Part shown: positions 1 through 9,623 of the stretch, one piece after another | Position numbering within the stretch: position 1 is the first letter of the stretch | Layout: every line of letters starts with the position of its first letter | From: Candidatus Nealsonbacteria bacterium | GTDB taxonomy: Bacteria > Patescibacteriota > Minisyncoccia > Minisyncoccales > PWPS01 | Length of the DNA stretch: 64,000 bases | Assembly (NCBI GenBank): GCA_003560665.1 | Contig: PWKK01000023.1 | Coordinates: 110,417-174,416, forward strand | Direction: 5' to 3' | Notes under the pieces: model-generated | Seen by the model: the letters and a program-made list of their open reading frames with translations, nothing else | The model's database searches: none | What the model was told of the DNA's origin: nothing | Program-made: the position numbers and the translations under genes

Positions 1-118
1 AGACAAGTTAAAGAAGAAGCTAAGTTTTTTTGATGAGAGAGAGAATCAAATAAAATCCGAAAAGGAAAAAATCGAGGAAGAAGAAAAAAAGGAAGAAAAC
101 AAGGCGAGGAGAAGAGTA

Positions 119-3112
119 GTGGAAAAAAAGAGATGGGAAACGGAAGAAAGAAGAAGAGAGGTGGAAAAGAAAAAGTGGATAGTGGAAGATGAGTTAAGAA
201 AGGTTCATAAAGAGATTCGAGAAGCAGAGAAAAAGATTACAGAAAAGATAAAAGTTAGGGAGAAGAGGATAAACCTGTTTATCAGGAATCTTGTTTTTCA
301 GCTGGGAAGAGAAAAAGAAAGAGAATCGTTTTTAGAAAAGGAAATTGCTAAAGAAAAGAAATTAGAAAAGGAAAAAAGAAAGGAAGAAAGGCACGGAAAA
401 GAAGAGCAAAAAGAGAAAGAAGGCGAGGAGAAGGGGAAGAAAAAAAGTGAAGAAGAAAAGGAAAGTGTTCTGGAAAAAGAGAAAACTGAAGCGAGCTTAG
501 ATGAAAAAACACAGATTGATTTTATTAAAGAAAAAGTGAAAGAAGAGCACGAGAAGTTGGCGGCAAGAGAGAGATCACTGCGAGACAGGGAAAACAGAGA
601 AGAAGTAAGGAGAATGACAAAAGAACAACTTGAAGAGGAAAGAAGACAAAGAGATCTTATAAAAGACAGAGTAAGAGAAGAGCAGGAAAGAACTCTGAGA
701 GTACAAGAAGAGAAACCCTCTCCATACACTCCCCCTGAGCAACAGAAGCAAGAGATTAAAGAAGAGACCAAGGAAGAAAAAAAAGAAGAAAGAAAAGGAG
801 CACAAGAAGAGAAACCCTCTCCATACACTCCCCCTAAGCAACAGAAAGAAGAAAAAAAAGAAGCTTATTCTGAACCGAGGACGATTGTAAAAGAAATAAT
901 AAGAGAGAAAGATCCTGCAAAGGAAGATATCAGAAAGGAAATAGAGGAGGTGATGAAAGAGAAACAAAGACTGGCGGAGCAGCAAGAAGTTTACAACAAA
1001 AAGAAAGAGGAAGAGAGAGAGAAATACTTTCAAGAGGTGAAGAAAAAAGAAGATGAGATTAAAAACGAAACAAGAAAGCTTGAAGAGAGGGAAAAAGAAA
1101 CACAGAGCGATGAAGAGAGAGAGGAGATAAGGAGGAAAAAAGAAGAGATGAAGGATGAATTAAGGAAGCTGATACAGGAAGAAACCGAAGGAAAATGGGA
1201 AAAAAGATTTGCAGAGATAGAAAACAAGGTTGGGACAATAAACCAGAAATACACCGAACTGAACGAAAAGGAAAAACGGCTAAGAAACAAAGTTCAAGAG
1301 ATTGGGACTTGGGGACCTGAAAGCAGAAGAAAGAAAAAAGAGGAGGCATATGAATACAGAGCACTCTACAAATCACCCACTTCTATAAAAAGATTAGAAA
1401 AGGAGGAAGAAAAGGAAAAGGAAGAAAAGAAGGAAAAGAAGGAAAAGGATTCAAGCAAATTTCTTAAATCTCTTTCTTTAATAAAGTCTTTGAGGCCGAG
1501 TAAGGATTTTTTCTTGAAACAACCGATTTTAACAGCTATCGACATAAGTGATTACTCTATTGAGGTTTTTTCCATTAAAGAAAAAGGAGGAGGAAGTTTT
1601 TTTGGCAGATCTCTGCTTGAAGAAGGGGTTGTTTATAACGGAGAAATCAAAGATGAAAAAAAGCTGAAAAAAGCACTTGCCGATACACTGCAAAAGACAA
1701 AACTTGCTTCTCTAAAAAAACAGAAAGAAACAAGGGTTAAGGCGATACTTAGTTTACCGGAGTCGAAAGTTTTTATTCAACACTTCAAGGCTCAAGAGGA
1801 TGAAAATATTTTGGAAAAAGTAAGGGAAGAAATAGGAAAAAACATCCCGATTCACATTGAGGATCTTTATTTCCATTACCACACAATTTCTCTTTCAGAG
1901 AAAAAAGAAAAGAGAATTTTGTGCATAGCGGTACAGAAGAAAACAGTAAAAAAATATATCGATATACTGCGCTCCCTGGATATAGATCCTATTGTTTTTG
2001 ATTTAGAGGGAGCTTCTCTTGGAAGAGCACTGCTTTCCCCCGGAAAGGAGAATAAGAAAGAAAAAGAAAAGAAAAAAAGTGAAATGATTGTGGATATTGG
2101 GGCTCGCACAACTGTACTTAGTGTCTTTCGTGAAAGATCGCTTTCACTTTCAGTGAGCATTCCTTTTGGGGGAGCTTACTTTACGGAAAAAATATCCAAA
2201 GCATTAAATATTTCTGTGGAGGAGGCGGAAGGGAAAAAGAAAAGTTCCGGACTTAAAGGGGAAACCAGAGAAATCCTTATTGATGCATTAGAGAAAATAG
2301 TAAAAGAGATAAAAGAAGCTGAAAAACATTACAACCGAGAATTTGATAGCGAGATTAGTAATATAGTTCTTGCCGGAGGTTCTGCGCTGATACCGGGGGC
2401 ATTAGATTATTTCAAGGAAGAGCTTGGGGGTATTGTAGAAATCGGTAATCCTTTGAAAAAAGTAAAAGAAGTAAGAGAGATGAGACGAGAAGAGGGACTT
2501 CTTTATGCAAATGCTATTGGTCTTGCATTAAGGTCAAACGAGAAAGATCTGATAAGTAGCGGCTTTAATCTTCTTCCCGAAGAAATAAAGAAAAAAGAAA
2601 AAAGATACCAAAGGGAAAGAGAAGGTACAATTCGCCTAGTCGCTTTAATTTTTGCAATCGTAGGGATTGTCGCCCTTATATTTTCGTTGTATTATGCCTA
2701 TACACGTACCGTTGGGATGCCGCAAGAAAAAGAAGTAACGGTTCCTACTTCTTACGATGAAGTGGGTGGGATTGTCTCTGTTTACAATAATCCTGAAGGA
2801 GAGGAGGTAATAAAAACGATTTCTCGAGACGATAATTATGAAATAATACATCAAGTGGGAGACTGGACGTTGATTGAGGTGAATGATACAAGGGGATGGA
2901 TTCGCCGGGAAGAACATTCCAGAGAAGAGGTAACACCCGCCCCTTCCGAATTCACAGAAGAAGCGGTTTCCGTTTATGAAAACCCCATAGGAGAAGAAAT
3001 AATAACGACCATTGACTTCAATGAAGACTATGAAATACTGCGTCAAGTGGGAGACTGGACGTTGATTGAGGTAGGTGATATTATGGGATGGATTCATAAC
3101 GAAGATATCTGA
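119..3112 (+). CDS. PilM-PilN fusion protein. About 450 aa of K/E-rich coiled-coil N-terminus, then an actin-like PilM ATPase-fold domain, a PilN-type 'NLLP' segment with one TM helix, and two C-terminal SH3b-like repeats. The reading frame is open from position 2 to the window start, so the gene is probably 5'-truncated by the window edge.
   Basis: PilM-like region (IDISDYSIEVF...GARTTVLSVF...IVLAGGSALIPG). PilN N-terminus (GFNLLPEEIKKKEKRY) followed by the hydrophobic helix LVALIFAIVGIVALIFSLYY. Two ~60-aa repeats each ending GDWTLIEV..GWI (SH3b signature). GTG at 119 is the first start codon in frame. Confidence 0.6.
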   Translation: MEKKRWETEERRREVEKKKWIVEDELRKVHKEIREAEKKITEKIKVREKRINLFIRNLVFQLGREKERESFLEKEIAKEKKLEKEKRKEERHGKEEQKEKEGEEKGKKKSEEEKESVLEKEKTEASLDEKTQIDFIKEKVKEEHEKLAARERSLRDRENREEVRRMTKEQLEEERRQRDLIKDRVREEQERTLRVQEEKPSPYTPPEQQKQEIKEETKEEKKEERKGAQEEKPSPYTPPKQQKEEKKEAYSEPRTIVKEIIREKDPAKEDIRKEIEEVMKEKQRLAEQQEVYNKKKEEEREKYFQEVKKKEDEIKNETRKLEEREKETQSDEEREEIRRKKEEMKDELRKLIQEETEGKWEKRFAEIENKVGTINQKYTELNEKEKRLRNKVQEIGTWGPESRRKKKEEAYEYRALYKSPTSIKRLEKEEEKEKEEKKEKKEKDSSKFLKSLSLIKSLRPSKDFFLKQPILTAIDISDYSIEVFSIKEKGGGSFFGRSLLEEGVVYNGEIKDEKKLKKALADTLQKTKLASLKKQKETRVKAILSLPESKVFIQHFKAQEDENILEKVREEIGKNIPIHIEDLYFHYHTISLSEKKEKRILCIAVQKKTVKKYIDILRSLDIDPIVFDLEGASLGRALLSPGKENKKEKEKKKSEMIVDIGARTTVLSVFRERSLSLSVSIPFGGAYFTEKISKALNISVEEAEGKKKSSGLKGETREILIDALEKIVKEIKEAEKHYNREFDSEISNIVLAGGSALIPGALDYFKEELGGIVEIGNPLKKVKEVREMRREEGLLYANAIGLALRSNEKDLISSGFNLLPEEIKKKEKRYQREREGTIRLVALIFAIVGIVALIFSLYYAYTRTVGMPQEKEVTVPTSYDEVGGIVSVYNNPEGEEVIKTISRDDNYEIIHQVGDWTLIEVNDTRGWIRREEHSREEVTPAPSEFTEEAVSVYENPIGEEIITTIDFNEDYEILRQVGDWTLIEVGDIMGWIHNEDI
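703..850 (+). repeat. Intragenic tandem direct repeat with a 99-bp period, encoding QEEKPSPYTPPEQQK / QEEKPSPYTPPKQQK.
   Basis: The 34-nt string acaagaagagaaaccctctccatacactccccct occurs identically at 703-736 and 802-835. Confidence 0.7.
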
Positions 3113-3144
3113 AAAAAACGTAGACAAAATTATTTTTCTGAAAA

Positions 3145-3684
3145 ATGATTGCAAAAAAAAGAGACAATCAAGCTTTTATTCGGGGATTTTCCTCGAGGAA
3201 ACAAAAATACGGTTTGCTTTCTTCTAAAAGTAGAAATTCCACGGGGTTTACCTTGATTGAACTGCTGATTGTTATCGGTATTATATCCATTATTGCGGCC
3301 GCAATAATCGTTGCCATTTCCCCGGGGGAAAAGATGGGTTCTGCAAGAGAATCAACAAGAGCCGCACACTTTAGTGCGATAGGGCCTGCTTTTTATTCAA
3401 CAATGATGGAAAATAACGGGCTTGATAGTATTGCAGAGATATTGGAAGAAGCTGATTGTAATGGTGATGATGGAGACACATCTACATCTCTTTCTTGGGA
3501 TTCTGCTCGTGATTTTACCGATAATTGCGCAGGTTTAATTGGTTTAGGTTCTGCACCGGAGGATCCAGAAGAAACTGCGAGTTACAGAGTAAGAGCTACC
3601 TCCGGAGACATTGCCGGGCGTTTGTTGATTTATACGACCGCCACTGGAAGTGAGTGGCAGGAGGGAAATCCGGCAATTTACTGA
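3145..3684 (+). CDS. Type IV pilin / pseudopilin (prepilin with class III signal, G|FTLIELLIVIGII). The true start may be TTG at 3214, which gives a 12-aa leader.
   Basis: Conserved prepilin cleavage motif GFTLIELL plus a hydrophobic alpha1 helix. The C-terminal domain has a Cys pair (DCNGDD...DNCAG). Confidence 0.75.
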   Translation: MIAKKRDNQAFIRGFSSRKQKYGLLSSKSRNSTGFTLIELLIVIGIISIIAAAIIVAISPGEKMGSARESTRAAHFSAIGPAFYSTMMENNGLDSIAEILEEADCNGDDGDTSTSLSWDSARDFTDNCAGLIGLGSAPEDPEETASYRVRATSGDIAGRLLIYTTATGSEWQEGNPAIY

Positions 3685-3777
3685 AAGTTTTTAAAAACTT
3701 GACTAAAAAAAACAAATTGGTAGAATTATTACAATATTATAATAAAAAAATGGTCGATTATTTAAGCAAACAAAAAA

Positions 3778-4128
3778 ATGAAAACAAAAATTAAGAAAGA
3801 AGATGGTTTTACGCTTATCGAACTCCTTTTGGTTATCGGTATTATCGCTGTTCTTGCAGCCGCAATAATCGTTGCCATTGCCCCCGGTGAGCAGATTTCT
3901 GAAGCACGTAGTGCAACAGAGGCCTCGCAGGCCTCTTCGATTGCAACATCGATGTGGGCGTGTTCCCTCGATGGAGGAACGAATGAAGAGTGCGGTCAAT
4001 TTACTAATCTTGATTTGCCGACACCAAATCATCCGGATCCCGAGCATGATTGGTTAGATACTGATATCAGTATGGACACAGGTAGACCGGTGATACAGAG
4101 TCAGTACGGAGATGCCTACGAGTTTTAA
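3778..4128 (+). CDS. Type IV pilin (prepilin MKTKIKKEDG|FTLIELLLVIGII).
   Basis: Short basic leader, G-FTLIE motif, hydrophobic N-terminal helix. C-terminal Cys pair (WACSLDGGTNEECGQF). Confidence 0.85.
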   Translation: MKTKIKKEDGFTLIELLLVIGIIAVLAAAIIVAIAPGEQISEARSATEASQASSIATSMWACSLDGGTNEECGQFTNLDLPTPNHPDPEHDWLDTDISMDTGRPVIQSQYGDAYEF

Positions 4129-4203
4129 TTTGTAAAAAAGGAGTGATACAGGAAAGGCGTCTACGAAAATCAAACAGAGTAGCTTTTTAGATAAACAATA
4201 ATT

Positions 4204-4536
4204 ATGAAAATAAGGTATAAAAGTGAAGGTTTTACGCTTATCGAACTCCTTTTGGTTATCGGTATTATCGCCGTTCTTGCAGCCGCAATAATCGTTGCCA
4301 TTTCCCCCGGAGAACAGCTTGAGGATGCGCGTAGTGCGCGAGAGGCCGCGCAAGCTTCTTCTATCGCAATGTCTATGTGGGAGTGTAGGATGGAAACAGA
4401 GGGCACCTTTAATTATGACACGCAGTGCCAGACATTTGCCGCTATTAATATACCGAACCCCGATACCGATGTCTGGGGTGATGAAGACCTTGAATGGGAA
4501 AATGAAAGGCCGAAGGTTGGTGACTACACCTTTTGA
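4204..4536 (+). CDS. Type IV pilin paralog (prepilin MKIRYKSEG|FTLIELLLVIGII).
   Basis: N-terminal ~45 aa nearly identical to the 3778 pilin (about 85 bp of near-identical DNA), with a divergent C-terminal domain carrying a Cys pair (WECRMETEG...TQCQTF). Confidence 0.85.
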   Translation: MKIRYKSEGFTLIELLLVIGIIAVLAAAIIVAISPGEQLEDARSAREAAQASSIAMSMWECRMETEGTFNYDTQCQTFAAINIPNPDTDVWGDEDLEWENERPKVGDYTF

Positions 4537-4656
4537 TCTCTAGAAAAAAGAAGAAAGTGTAGTTAAAAATAAAGAAATCGTATTTTTCTCTGAGCTTGAT
4601 AAAAAAACAACCCTCATTCTTTTTACATAATTGCTTTTTTGTGGTAGAGTTTTTTT

Positions 4657-5466
4657 ATGTTCTTCGATACTCACGCACATCTTAACTTTAAAGATTACGA
4701 TAAGGACAGAGAAAACGTTATCGGAAACTCCTTGAAAAAGGAGTTTTTTCTGATTAATGTCGGAACAGACATAGGAGAAAGTGAAAAAGTAGTGGAGATA
4801 GCAGATTCATACAGAGAAGGCGTTTACGCATCCGTTGGCCTTCACCCTCTTCATATCGAGAAGGATTTTACACCGGAAGAGTATAAGAGTTTAGCAAAGA
4901 ACAAAAAAGTAGTGGCAATAGGAGAAACGGGCCTCGATTATAAATATATTTTAAAGGACAGGGAAGAAAGAAAAGAAAAGGTAAAGCGAATCCAGAAAAC
5001 AATTTTTGAAAAACAAATTGATTTGTCAAGCGAACTTGAGCTGCCCCTCATTTTGCACTGTCGAATGGCGCATGACGACCTCATTGAAATTCTAAGGCAA
5101 AAGCTACAAAACATAAAAAAAGGAAAAAGCGAGGAACAGAAAACACAAAAAATTGGGGTGGTTCACTGTTTTTCGGGGAACCTACAACAAGCGAAAGAGT
5201 ATATGGATTTAGGATTTTTTCTTGGAATTAACGGAATAATTTTCAAGCTTGATATGAGTAAAGTTATCAAAGAAATCCCGCTCGAGAAGATTCTTTTAGA
5301 GACAGACTGTCCTTTTCTTGTTCCTCCCGAGGCAGGAGTAGAGAGGAACGAGCCACTTTTTGTAAGATACGTTGCAAGAGAGGTAGCAAGAGTGAAAAGA
5401 GTAAGCGAAGAAGATGTAGCGAGAACAACAACAAAAAACGCCAAAAACCTTTTTAGCATAAGTTAA
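4657..5466 (+). CDS. tatD: TatD-family metal-dependent hydrolase / DNase.
   Basis: N-terminus MFFDTHAHLNF, and the family-typical HCFSG and LLETDCPFL motifs. Confidence 0.85.
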   Translation: MFFDTHAHLNFKDYDKDRENVIGNSLKKEFFLINVGTDIGESEKVVEIADSYREGVYASVGLHPLHIEKDFTPEEYKSLAKNKKVVAIGETGLDYKYILKDREERKEKVKRIQKTIFEKQIDLSSELELPLILHCRMAHDDLIEILRQKLQNIKKGKSEEQKTQKIGVVHCFSGNLQQAKEYMDLGFFLGINGIIFKLDMSKVIKEIPLEKILLETDCPFLVPPEAGVERNEPLFVRYVAREVARVKRVSEEDVARTTTKNAKNLFSIS

Positions 5467-5481
5467 TACTATTTATGAGAT

Positions 5482-5516
5482 GCCCTACCTTATTGGACAA
5501 AGGGGCTTTTTTTTTG
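5482..5516 (+). terminator. Rho-independent terminator after tatD.
   Basis: Stem GCCCT..AGGGGC followed by a T9 run. Confidence 0.6.
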
Positions 5517-5529
5517 TAAAATAATTCTT

Positions 5530-7944
5530 ATGGAAAAATATAATCCAACTAAAGTAGAAAAGAAGTGGCAGAAGTATTGGGAGCGGAAAAAAGTGTTTAA
5601 AACCGAAGAAAAATCTACCAAAAAGAAGTTTTATTGCCTTGACATGTTTCCCTATCCTTCGGGGGAGGGTTTACATGTCGGTCATCCGCGAGGATACGTA
5701 GCAACAGACACTTTTTCTCACTTTAAAAGAATGAGAGGTTATAATGTTTTACATCCCATGGGGTGGGATGCTTTCGGATTGCCGGCGGAAAACTATGCTA
5801 TCAAAACGGGAATTCATCCGAAAATTACGGTTGAGGAAAACATAAAACACTTTAAAGAGCAGCTGAAATCCATTGGTTTTTCCTATGATTGGAGTAGGGA
5901 GATAAACACCACCGATGAAGAGTATTTCAAGTGGACACAGTGGATATTTATCAAGCTTTTTGAAAGAGGACTTGCCTATGAAGACACAAGACCTATCAAC
6001 TGGTGTCCGAGCTGTAAAACGGGACTTGCCAACGAGGAAGTCGTAAACGGGCTTTGTGACAGGTGTGATTTTCAGGTAGAAAAAAAGGATATCAGACAGT
6101 GGGTTTTAAGAATAACAGAGTATGCGGACAGATTATTGGAAGATATTGGGGAGGTTGACTGGCCCGAGCCGATCAAAGAGATGCAAAGAAACTGGATTGG
6201 AAGGTCCGAGGGAGGAGATGTGCAGTTTTCCGTGAAAGATACCGAGGAGGTTATTGAAGTTTTTACAACAAGGCCCGATACACTTTTTGGAGCCACTTTT
6301 TTGGTTCTTGCTCCCGAGCACAGATTGGTAAAAAAAATCTTGAACCGAGAGATAAAGGTAGACAACGTGAAAGAAGTAGCGGATTACGAGAAAAAAGCAC
6401 GTAAAAAATCTGATTTGGAGAGGACGGATCTTGCAAAAAAGAAGACAGGAGTGGAGATAAAGGGAGTTAAGGCGGTAAATCCGATAAACAATGAAGAGAT
6501 TCCGATCTGGGTGGCAGATTATGTTTTAGGCTTTTACGGAAAGGGAGGGATTATGTCGGTTCCGGCTCATGATGAGAGAGATTACGAGATGGCGGAAAAG
6601 TATAATTTAGAGATTAGAAGAGTAATTAATGGAGGCGATCTCCCTTATTTGGAAGAAGGAGAGATGGTAAACTCAGGAGAGTTTACGGGGCTTTGCTCGA
6701 AAAAAGGAAAGAAAGATGTTTTAAATAAACTAATAGAACTAAAAAAAGGAGAAAAGACGGTTAACTACAAACTTGGTGATTGGGTTTTTTCAAGACAAAG
6801 ATATTGGGGAGAGCCGATTCCCGTTGTTCACTGCAAAGCGTGTGGAATAGTTCCGTTAAAAGAAAAAGATCTTCCTCTGAAACTTCCGGAAACAGAGCAC
6901 TATGAGCCGACCGGGACGGGAGAGTCTCCTCTTGCAAAGATAGAAGAGTTTGTGAATACAATCTGTCCTAAATGTAACGAAAAAGCAAAAAGAGAGACAA
7001 ACACTATGCCTCAGTGGGCTGGTTCTTGCTGGTATTATCTCGCCTTTATTATGAAGGAAGAATCGGAAAAGTTAGAGTTTCCTATTTCTCGTTACAAAGA
7101 GAGCTTTCGAAAATGGCTTCCCGTTGATTTGTATGTAGGAGGAGCGGAACATGCCGTCTTGCACTTGCTTTATGCTCGCTTTTGGCACAAGTTCTTATAC
7201 GATATCGGTGTTGTTTCCACAAAAGAGCCTTTTTACCGATTGAAAAATCAAGGTTTGATTATGGGCGAGGGAGGGATTAAAATGTCCAAATCAAAAGGAA
7301 ACGTTATTTCGCCCGATGAAGTGGTAGAGAATTACGGAGCAGATGTTTTAAGGCTTTACGAGATGTTTTTGGGAGGCTTTGAGGATAAGGTTGCCTGGAG
7401 TGAGAAAGGAGTAAGCGGAATGAAAAGGTTTTTGGACAAAATTAACGAAAACGCTAAAAAAACAGGAGACAGTAGTGTGAAAGATTTGGACCCTCTACTC
7501 CATCAGACAATTAAAAAAGCTACCGAAGACATTGAAAGTTTTAAGTTTAATACGGCGATAAGTAGTTTGATGAACCTAAATAACGAGATGAAAAGACTTG
7601 ATGTTGTTCCAAAAGAAGCTTTTACCGTTTTCATAAAACTCTTGGCTCCTTTTGCCCCGCATTTTGCAGAAGAGATGTGGGAGAAGATTGGGAAAGAACC
7701 TTCTGTTTTCGGTGAGCTTTGGCCGGAGTTTAGTGAAAAACTGATTAAAGAGAAAAAGATCAATATTGTTTTTCAAGTTGACGGAAAAGTCAGGGACACG
7801 AAAACGGTTTTTTCCGGAATTGATAAAAAAGAAATGAAAAAAATGGCACTTGAAAACGAACGGGTAAAAAAATGGAAGATTGGTAAAAAAATAAAAAAAG
7901 TGGTAATAATTAAAGACAAGTTATTAAACATCGTAACAGAATAA
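5530..7944 (+). CDS. leuS: Leucyl-tRNA synthetase.
   Basis: HIGH-type motif (PYPSGEGLHVGH) and KMSKS motif. The length is typical of bacterial LeuRS. Confidence 0.95.
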   Translation: MEKYNPTKVEKKWQKYWERKKVFKTEEKSTKKKFYCLDMFPYPSGEGLHVGHPRGYVATDTFSHFKRMRGYNVLHPMGWDAFGLPAENYAIKTGIHPKITVEENIKHFKEQLKSIGFSYDWSREINTTDEEYFKWTQWIFIKLFERGLAYEDTRPINWCPSCKTGLANEEVVNGLCDRCDFQVEKKDIRQWVLRITEYADRLLEDIGEVDWPEPIKEMQRNWIGRSEGGDVQFSVKDTEEVIEVFTTRPDTLFGATFLVLAPEHRLVKKILNREIKVDNVKEVADYEKKARKKSDLERTDLAKKKTGVEIKGVKAVNPINNEEIPIWVADYVLGFYGKGGIMSVPAHDERDYEMAEKYNLEIRRVINGGDLPYLEEGEMVNSGEFTGLCSKKGKKDVLNKLIELKKGEKTVNYKLGDWVFSRQRYWGEPIPVVHCKACGIVPLKEKDLPLKLPETEHYEPTGTGESPLAKIEEFVNTICPKCNEKAKRETNTMPQWAGSCWYYLAFIMKEESEKLEFPISRYKESFRKWLPVDLYVGGAEHAVLHLLYARFWHKFLYDIGVVSTKEPFYRLKNQGLIMGEGGIKMSKSKGNVISPDEVVENYGADVLRLYEMFLGGFEDKVAWSEKGVSGMKRFLDKINENAKKTGDSSVKDLDPLLHQTIKKATEDIESFKFNTAISSLMNLNNEMKRLDVVPKEAFTVFIKLLAPFAPHFAEEMWEKIGKEPSVFGELWPEFSEKLIKEKKINIVFQVDGKVRDTKTVFSGIDKKEMKKMALENERVKKWKIGKKIKKVVIIKDKLLNIVTE

Positions 7945-7949
7945 AACAT

Positions 7950-9599
7950 ATGGGTAACAATCTAGGGGATTTACAAATAATAATCGGAGGTGCTGCCGGA
8001 GAAGGATCAAAAAAGGCGGGACTTTTGATCGGCAAGCTTTTTAACTCTTACGGATTTCGTGTTTTTATTCATGAAGATTACGAGTCCGTTATTAAAGGAG
8101 GGCACAACTTTTCACAAATTTCCGTGTCGAGAGAGTGTAAGGACGTGATAGAGGAAAAAATAGATTTTCTTTTGGCGTTAAACAAGGAAGCGGTCTTAAA
8201 ACACAAAGAAAAACTGAAAAAAGAAGGGGTTTTAATATATGATTTCGGAGCGATAGACGAAGATTTTTCCGAAGAAGGTGGTAGCGTGATAAAAATCCCC
8301 CTTAAAGAGATCGTTGATGAAGCGGAAGGAATTCCCTTAATGAAAAACACGGCTCTTGTTTCCGCTTTTTCAAAAATCATTGGAATGGAGTGGGATAGAG
8401 TAAGCGAAGTTTTAAAAAGAGAGCTTCCGGTAGCAACAGAAAAAAACCTGGAGGTGGCAGAAGTTGCTTTTGAAAAAACAGAAAAAATAGAAGAGGTAGA
8501 AGAAGGGGGAGGGAATCAACCACTTCCCCTTCTTTCCGGAAACCAGGCCGTTGCTATGGGAGCACTTGAAGCGGGACTGGAGTGCTATTACGCCTATCCG
8601 ATGACACCGTCAACAGGTGTTTTACAATTTCTCGCAAAGGTAGAAGGAGTAAGGACGTTCCAACCCGAAAGCGAAATTGCTGTAGTCAATGCCGCTTTGG
8701 GGTCCGCCTATGCGGGGAAGAGAACGATGATAGGAAGCTCGGGAGGAGGATTTGCGTTAATGACAGAAGGAATCAGTTTTTCTGCACAATCGGAAATACC
8801 ACTTTGTGTTGTTTTAAGTCAGAGAATGGGCCCTGCGACAGGAGTTCCAACGTATCAGGCACAGGCAGATTTGTTGTTTGCACTTAATGCGGGACATGGA
8901 GATATGATGCGCTTTGTGGTTGCCCCGGGAGATGCCGATGAAGCTTACTATCTTGCCAACAAAGCACTAAATATTGCATGGAAGTACCAGATGCCGGCGA
9001 TTATTTTACTCGATAAAGAATTGTCGGAAAACACATACGGAGTAAAAAAAGATTTTGATTTAGAAAAAGAAGAGATTGTAAGGGAAGAGAAGGGTGAAGA
9101 TTATAATCGGTATGAGGGAGAGGACGTCTCCCCCCTTATTTTTCCGGGAGGTGAGGCAACGGTAAAAGTTACCGGGTATGAACACGACAAGAAAGGAGTT
9201 GCCACGGAAAAAGCTGAAGAGATAAAAGCGATGCACGAAAAAAGGATACGCAAGTACGAAAAATTAAAAGAGGAACTAAGGGAAGAGGAGACAGTTAAAA
9301 CTTATAAAGAGGGGAGTACGGCTATTATTTTTTGGGGGTCAACCAAAGGAACGGTATTGGAAGCGACAAAGGAGATGGACGTTAAACTCATTCAACCCTT
9401 AGTTGTCCAACCCTTCCCGGAGGAAAAAATAAAAGAAGCCCTCAGAGAGACAGAAAGAGTTGTTTGCGTGGAAGCGAACGCAACCGGACAGATGACAAAA
9501 GTCTTAAAAGAGAAAGGGGTCTTTGTGGATAAAAAAATATTAAAGTATGATGGAAGACCGTTTACGGTGGAGGAGTTAAGAAAGGAGTTAGAAAAATAG
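7950..9599 (+). CDS. korA: 2-oxoacid:ferredoxin oxidoreductase alpha subunit (gamma-alpha fusion type).
   Basis: N-terminal gamma-like domain (IIGGAAGEGSKKAG) fused to an alpha domain (YAYPMTPSTGV...). Confidence 0.8.
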   Translation: MGNNLGDLQIIIGGAAGEGSKKAGLLIGKLFNSYGFRVFIHEDYESVIKGGHNFSQISVSRECKDVIEEKIDFLLALNKEAVLKHKEKLKKEGVLIYDFGAIDEDFSEEGGSVIKIPLKEIVDEAEGIPLMKNTALVSAFSKIIGMEWDRVSEVLKRELPVATEKNLEVAEVAFEKTEKIEEVEEGGGNQPLPLLSGNQAVAMGALEAGLECYYAYPMTPSTGVLQFLAKVEGVRTFQPESEIAVVNAALGSAYAGKRTMIGSSGGGFALMTEGISFSAQSEIPLCVVLSQRMGPATGVPTYQAQADLLFALNAGHGDMMRFVVAPGDADEAYYLANKALNIAWKYQMPAIILLDKELSENTYGVKKDFDLEKEEIVREEKGEDYNRYEGEDVSPLIFPGGEATVKVTGYEHDKKGVATEKAEEIKAMHEKRIRKYEKLKEELREEETVKTYKEGSTAIIFWGSTKGTVLEATKEMDVKLIQPLVVQPFPEEKIKEALRETERVVCVEANATGQMTKVLKEKGVFVDKKILKYDGRPFTVEELRKELEK

Positions 9600-9623
9600 T
9601 TTAAAATTTAAAAAAACAATAAT

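Noticed and set aside
298-2160. Many minus-strand ORFs (298-828, 575-1033, 1030-1290, 1059-1376, 1876-2160) with S/F/L-rich translations.
   Set aside because: They are antisense shadows of the purine-rich (GAA/AAG) K/E-coding strand of the large PilMN gene. They have no start context or motifs.
3872-4543. Alternative-frame ORFs 3872-4057 and 4295-4543 inside the pilin genes.
   Set aside because: They overlap well-supported prepilin ORFs in another frame. They are arginine-rich nonsense translations.
8582-8887. ORF inside korA (and similar internal ORFs at 9858-10222 and 10204-10449).
   Set aside because: Out-of-frame shadows within strongly supported oxidoreductase genes.
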